Positions 58,990-64,000 of a stretch of 64,000 nt of DNA are shown here, one piece after another. The stretch covers positions 1 through 64,000 of the forward strand of contig CAWVRN010000024.1 of assembly GCA_963932905.1 (NCBI GenBank), in the 5' to 3' direction. The notes beneath the pieces are model-generated. The model was not told the DNA's origin and did no database searches. It worked only from the letters and a program-made list of their open reading frames with translations. Source of the stretch: an uncultured Bdellovibrio sp. GTDB lineage: Bacteria; Bdellovibrionota; Bdellovibrionia; Bdellovibrionales; Bdellovibrionaceae. Every line of letters starts with the position of its first letter. Position 1 is the stretch's first letter. The position numbers and the translations under genes are program-made.

Positions 58990-60135
58990 ATGGTTATTCA
59001 CGATCTTACAGAAGACATCTCAGACTCAAAAAAGTTCAATCCGGCTCCCTATCTGGATCGATTTTTTGCCAACGTCATTGATTTCCTGATTCTTGCACCG
59101 GTGATTTCACTTTTCTGTGGTGGCATCAACAACGATTTGCGTTGGGCGGTGTTTAATAAATCTTCAAGTGATGTTTATCCTTTGGCCCTTCAATACATCT
59201 TTGTCACATTTGGTCTGTTTGTTCTGTATGAAACTATGTTCATATATTTCCACGGAGCAACCCCTGGTCATCGCTTTTTGTTCATGAGAGTTGTTAATCA
59301 AAATGGTGGTCGCCCAGATATTCTGCCGATGTTGTTCCGTTCGGTTTTTAAATTCCAGGCCTTATTGTTTGCAGGTATTCCATTTATGGAAATCGTTGTG
59401 CGTGGCGATCGGTCAACGTTTTACGATAGACTTGCACAAACACAATTAGTCAGTTTAAGAAAAACAAAGCACGATGCTATTCATCCAGAATTTAAAAAAA
59501 TTATTGTGCGTTGGACACATACATCGATCATTTTTGCCTTCTTATTTATCGGACTCATTTTCTATAAAACGGTGACAACAACAAAAACAGAAAGTATCGC
59601 CAAATCAAAATTAAAATGTACCGAATCATTAGCATTCTATGTAAAGAACTATCTTTCTAAAACAAGAGAAACCGAGAACTTAAATTGTGCAAGAGAACTG
59701 GTCGAAAAGTCATTTGAGGGTGCAAACGCACAAGCAGAAATTAATTATCTGGCTCAGTTTGTTGTTACAAATAATGAAGAGCTGAAAGAATCTTACCGCG
59801 ATAAATACTGCGCGACTAGAAAAGATAAGCTGCTTTGCCAATCTGAAGCCGTTATAGATTTTGATAAAATTAAGCCTGATGACGAGGACGTCTTAAATTT
59901 ACTGGTCGAAATGAATCAATCATTGTTTAAAAACGACCACGCACGGGTATTTGCAATTTTAGATGTTCTCTACACCCATTTGGATTGGAACAAAAACCTA
60001 GAGTTGTACTATATGACATCTTACCTATTCTTAAGCGAGCAGGGAACGCGTGGACCCGCTTCGGAAAAAAGTTTAAAAGTTAGCTGGGAAGCCCGGAAAT
60101 CCCGCTTCCTTAAACGGATGAGCATAAAGTTATGA
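58990..60135 (+). CDS. RDD family membrane protein with extra Cys-containing soluble domain
   Basis: RFFANVID, GATPG, MRVV, FYDRLAQT; additional TM and a C-terminal helical domain. Confidence 0.82.
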   Translation: MVIHDLTEDISDSKKFNPAPYLDRFFANVIDFLILAPVISLFCGGINNDLRWAVFNKSSSDVYPLALQYIFVTFGLFVLYETMFIYFHGATPGHRFLFMRVVNQNGGRPDILPMLFRSVFKFQALLFAGIPFMEIVVRGDRSTFYDRLAQTQLVSLRKTKHDAIHPEFKKIIVRWTHTSIIFAFLFIGLIFYKTVTTTKTESIAKSKLKCTESLAFYVKNYLSKTRETENLNCARELVEKSFEGANAQAEINYLAQFVVTNNEELKESYRDKYCATRKDKLLCQSEAVIDFDKIKPDDEDVLNLLVEMNQSLFKNDHARVFAILDVLYTHLDWNKNLELYYMTSYLFLSEQGTRGPASEKSLKVSWEARKSRFLKRMSIKL

Positions 60136-61106
60136 TTTTCCCTTGGCCGCGTCTATTTCTAAATCGTTTTGATATTAACTTCGTAAATATTCTTATTTTA
60201 GCGAATGTGATTTTATTTTTTATGTTTTTTACTCAGTCGGATGATGAAAAAGTAAAATCAAAATTGTTTAGCCCGGGCGGCGCTGAACTGACGGCTCAAT
60301 ATTATCGTAAATATTTAAATGAAAACATGGATGTTGGCGATAATAAAAAGCTGTTATTACAATACGATTTTAATCACGCGGATCAAAGAGCGATGCTCAG
60401 TTCAACAGCACTTCGAGATATTAATTTTATCTCTTCGATAGAAAATAGATCGTGGGATAAAGATGAAGTGCGGTGGACCTACTGGAAAAAAATGGTGACT
60501 GATTATCAAGAGAAAGTGAAACAACAGACACTGTACATGTTGGGTCTGTCTCATGGGAATAAACAAACTTTCAGTTGGTTTACATATCAGTTTTCACACA
60601 TGAACATCTGGCATTTATTTAGCAATATGTTGTTCTTGTTTTTGATCGGGTACGCGTTGGAGTCCGTGTTGGGCGCAGTCGGTTTTGTAATGCTATATCT
60701 TTTCAGCGGTATCGCTGGTGGTTTGTTTTATCTTTACTTCAATCCATCGACGTTGATTCCTATGGTCGGTGCCAGTGGTGCCGTCAGCGGTTTAATTTCG
60801 TTCTATTCATTTTACAATTTACGTCGGAACACTCGATTTTATTATTTTTTGAGTCCAAGCGAAGGTAACTATGGCTACATTTATTTGCCAACAGCGATAA
60901 TAATTCCAATGTACCTTATTCCCGATTTGGCCTCGTTTGCGTCACAAATCCCTGGCGTTTCCAGTGGCGTCGCATTCTCCGCGCATATTGGTGGAGCCTT
61001 GTTTGGTGGCTTACTTGCGTTCACGCTGAAGGTCACGATGGGTGCACAGCTTGAACAAGATTCTGTCGCTTTGGCCACAGACACCAAAGCGCCTCAAAAT
61101 GATTGA
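60132..61106 (+). CDS. Rhomboid family intramembrane serine protease
   Basis: FSHMNIWHLFSNM, GASGA, AHIGG; ATGA overlap with the RDD gene. Confidence 0.92.
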   Translation: MIFPWPRLFLNRFDINFVNILILANVILFFMFFTQSDDEKVKSKLFSPGGAELTAQYYRKYLNENMDVGDNKKLLLQYDFNHADQRAMLSSTALRDINFISSIENRSWDKDEVRWTYWKKMVTDYQEKVKQQTLYMLGLSHGNKQTFSWFTYQFSHMNIWHLFSNMLFLFLIGYALESVLGAVGFVMLYLFSGIAGGLFYLYFNPSTLIPMVGASGAVSGLISFYSFYNLRRNTRFYYFLSPSEGNYGYIYLPTAIIIPMYLIPDLASFASQIPGVSSGVAFSAHIGGALFGGLLAFTLKVTMGAQLEQDSVALATDTKAPQND

Positions 61107-61174
61107 TTGATTCGTTTCTGAAATGACGAAGTTGTCAGAGACATATTTTTCAAACGTCTCTTCAAAAAGAGAAC

Positions 61175-64000
61175 CTATTCTTGTGGAGCAAATCCGCGGC
61201 GTAAAGTATTCTCTGTTACACAAATCGGTTCAACGAACTGCTTTAAATAATCAGGGCCGCCAGTTTTTGAACCAACGCCGCTCATTTTAAAACCACCGAA
61301 TGGATGACGATCGACCATCGCACCTGTAATTCCACGGTTGATGTATAGGTTGCCGACTTCAAATTCATTTCGAACTTTTGCTATGTTGGCTGGGCTTCTA
61401 GAGAACAAGCCGCCAGTCAATGCGTACTTGGTGCCATTTGCGAATTCAAGTGCTTGATCCATGTCTTTGGCTTTAATCAAAGCCAACACCGGACCAAAAA
61501 TTTCCTCTTGAGCTAATTCAGAATCCGCAGGTACATCACCGAAAATAGTAGGTGATACGAAGTAACCGTCAGTGCTTGTTTGTGCAGAAAGAAGTACTTT
61601 GTACTGGCCAGAATACTTTTTAATTAAACCTTGAATACGATCGTAAGCTTCTTTATCAACCACGGGTCCTAAGTAATTTTTAGGATTCAGAACTGAACCA
61701 ACCGTTATTGATTTTGTGGCTTCGACCAAACGTTGCGAGAATTTTTCGTACACGTCTTCAAGAACGATACAACGGCTGGCCGCTGAACATTTTTGTCCCG
61801 CAAAACCAAATGCAGAGTAAACAACGGCATCCACGGCTTCATCTAAATCCGCATCGCTATCGATGATAACGGCGTTCTTTCCGCCCATTTCGATGATGCA
61901 GCGTTTGACGTGCTGTTGGCCTTTTTGAGTGATTGTGGCTTTGTTTAAAATATGCAGACCAACATTCATTGAACCTGTGAAGGCGATTGTGTTTGTCAGT
62001 GGGTGATTCACCAAATATTCACCAACAACTTCGCCAAGACCCGGCATAAATTGAACAACACCGGTAGGTAAGTTTAACTCTTTGATCATTTGGTACAAGC
62101 TATTGGCCATCAACGAGCTCTGTTCCGCGGGCTTCATGATCACTGTGTTGCCGGTGACTAATGCGGCAGCGACTTGTCCGCAAAGAATCGCCAGCGGGAA
62201 ATTCCAAGGAGCGATGACCAAGCAAACGCCACGTGGTTTGTAGATGTACTGTGAAATTTCTCCGGGAACGCCGCCCACTTTTAGAGGCGCCGCCATTTCT
62301 GTCATATGATCAGCGTAATAGTTGCAGAAATCAATCGCTTCACCGATGTCACCATCGGCTTCGGCCCAAGGTTTGCCGACTTCAAAAATTTGTGTCGCCA
62401 TCAGTTCCCATTTACGATCGTGCATCATTTTAGCTAGTTTGCGGAGGTAATCGGCGCGGGTCGCCGCTGGCGTTTTCTTCCAGATATGGAATGCTTTACT
62501 AGATTCTTGAATGGCTGTTTCTGCCATTTCTTTTGTCGCTAAACCAATTTTGGCTAAGATTTGTGACGTTTGAGACGGGTTTTCGCGGTTTAAAAATTCC
62601 GACGTAGTTACCGGTTTAAAATTGATTTCTGGAAGAACTGTTTTGATAGTTTCAGGATTGAAGTTTTTCAAAGCATCTTGCATTAACTTGCGATTGGCCT
62701 CAATTGCAAAATCAGACAGAGGTTCATTTTGGAAGGAATGCTGAGCCGCGGTTGATTTATATTGTCCCGGAGCAGGTGGTGTTCCTGGTTTAGGAATCTT
62801 TGTTGTTGGGTCTGCTAATAGTTCATCCATGGATTTGTTTTCTGCAAACTTGCCACGAAGCCAGGATTCATTCGACGTATTTTCTAAAAGACGACGAACC
62901 AGGTAGGCCATCCCTGGAATTAATTCGCCCACAGGTGCGTACTCGCGTACACGGTAACCCATTTCAGAGAATGTTTTCTTGATAGGTTCGGCCATACCGA
63001 ACAACATTTGAATTTCAAATCCGTTTTTAGGAACATTTTTTGTTTCAGCATAATATAAGCACGCCGATAATGTTCGCACGTTATGAGACGCAAACGCGGC
63101 TTTGATATGAGGGTAGTTGTCGATCAAGATTTTTGCGCAGTATTCATAGTTGGCGTCTGATTCTGCTTTCACAGTGTAAACCGGGACCGACCAGTTCTTT
63201 TGTTCAGAATCGATCGTTTCGTAATCCCAGTAGGCGCCTTTGACTAAACGAACAGTGAACGGAGTCTGGCGAGCTTTTGCAAATGCTGATAGATCTTTGA
63301 TATCATCGCTAGAGTCTTTTAGATAGGCTTGGATCACGCAGCCAAAGAATTTATAACTACGTAATTCAGGTTCCATCAATAATTCTTTAAAAACTTCTAC
63401 GGTTAAATGTTTAACCGAGTATTGTTCCATGTCCAGATTTAGGAAAATGTTTCGCTCCATTGCTTTTTTAAACAATGGGCGAAGGCGATCTTTAACGATT
63501 GTTTTTGTTTCTTCCCACGCACGGTCATTGATTTGTGAATACAAGGCTGACATTTTAACTGAAACATTCACTTTGGGAATCGCACCTTCTGCATCGGTAT
63601 CTAGCAGAGGATTCGTATCCCACTTCTCAGCGTCTTTAGCTAAACCATCCATAAGCTCTTGATATTTACTTGTGTACTCAGCCGCTTCTTTTTCTGACAA
63701 CGTCGCTTCGCCTAAAATGTCTACGGTGAAGGTCATATTGTTTTTACGCATTTTCTTTAAAACAGAAAGCGCTTCGTTTGGATTCTCTCCTGTGATGAAC
63801 ATTTTAGCCATCTGAGTTACGTTTTTCTTAATTGCGCCAGCCATCAAGCCCGGTGCTAAGCTGCCTAAACCTAAACCCACGTTGAACACGCTTGGTAATT
63901 CAGATCCGCCTTCTGTAAAATATTCTTTTAAATGTTGAGCGACTTCGGATGATGAGTTTAAAGAAGGAAGAACGTCGACGAAGCGAAACATATTTGTTTT
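61175..64000 (-). CDS. putA: Bifunctional proline dehydrogenase / P5C dehydrogenase (5' end outside the window)
   Basis: VDILGE, LDME, RLVKGAY, AYLVRRLLEN; ALDH motifs PWNFP, FTGS, EMGGKN, GQKCSA, EEIFGP. Confidence 0.96.
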   Translation of the reverse strand, partial: KTNMFRFVDVLPSLNSSSEVAQHLKEYFTEGGSELPSVFNVGLGLGSLAPGLMAGAIKKNVTQMAKMFITGENPNEALSVLKKMRKNNMTFTVDILGEATLSEKEAAEYTSKYQELMDGLAKDAEKWDTNPLLDTDAEGAIPKVNVSVKMSALYSQINDRAWEETKTIVKDRLRPLFKKAMERNIFLNLDMEQYSVKHLTVEVFKELLMEPELRSYKFFGCVIQAYLKDSSDDIKDLSAFAKARQTPFTVRLVKGAYWDYETIDSEQKNWSVPVYTVKAESDANYEYCAKILIDNYPHIKAAFASHNVRTLSACLYYAETKNVPKNGFEIQMLFGMAEPIKKTFSEMGYRVREYAPVGELIPGMAYLVRRLLENTSNESWLRGKFAENKSMDELLADPTTKIPKPGTPPAPGQYKSTAAQHSFQNEPLSDFAIEANRKLMQDALKNFNPETIKTVLPEINFKPVTTSEFLNRENPSQTSQILAKIGLATKEMAETAIQESSKAFHIWKKTPAATRADYLRKLAKMMHDRKWELMATQIFEVGKPWAEADGDIGEAIDFCNYYADHMTEMAAPLKVGGVPGEISQYIYKPRGVCLVIAPWNFPLAILCGQVAAALVTGNTVIMKPAEQSSLMANSLYQMIKELNLPTGVVQFMPGLGEVVGEYLVNHPLTNTIAFTGSMNVGLHILNKATITQKGQQHVKRCIIEMGGKNAVIIDSDADLDEAVDAVVYSAFGFAGQKCSAASRCIVLEDVYEKFSQRLVEATKSITVGSVLNPKNYLGPVVDKEAYDRIQGLIKKYSGQYKVLLSAQTSTDGYFVSPTIFGDVPADSELAQEEIFGPVLALIKAKDMDQALEFANGTKYALTGGLFSRSPANIAKVRNEFEVGNLYINRGITGAMVDRHPFGGFKMSGVGSKTGGPDYLKQFVEPICVTENTLRRGFAPQE

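Noticed and set aside
1..64000. CRISPR arrays, IS elements, prophage, defence islands
   Set aside because: No spaced direct repeats, transposase, integrase or phage genes seen

Overview
Core chromosomal segment of a low-GC (roughly 40% by eye) Gram-negative bacterium. Gene content and order suggest a predatory Bdellovibrionota (Bdellovibrio/Pseudobdellovibrio-like); this is an inference. Housekeeping genes: uvrB-uvrC-ABC-F, efp, ruvCAB, lpxC, ald, trxA, pyrF, three GT9 glycosyltransferases, waaA, lptF, a YbiT-like ABC-F and a partial putA. Envelope and predation-type genes: a TPR-TamB-Omp85 operon, an FHA-trypsin protease, S8 and S41 proteases, an RDD-rhomboid pair and an MCP. A comEC / TPR-LysM-dprA block has a DnaA box in its divergent promoter. 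I saw no rRNA, tRNA, CRISPR array, transposase or integrase. Most notable candidates: (1) a two-gene operon with a sigma54-like promoter, encoding an outer-membrane beta-barrel and a 1085-aa lipoprotein with a duplicated domain and a long Ser/Gly-rich alternating hairpin reminiscent of beta-pore-forming toxins; (2) a candidate sRNA with GGA-loop hairpins and its own sigma70 promoter; (3) a 49-aa Lys-rich H1-like protein missing from the ORF track; (4) an RluA-methyltransferase fusion; (5) sets of sigma28 and sigma54 promoters, plus a Fis-HTH protein lacking an AAA+ domain. All calls come from reading motifs by eye; no searches were run.
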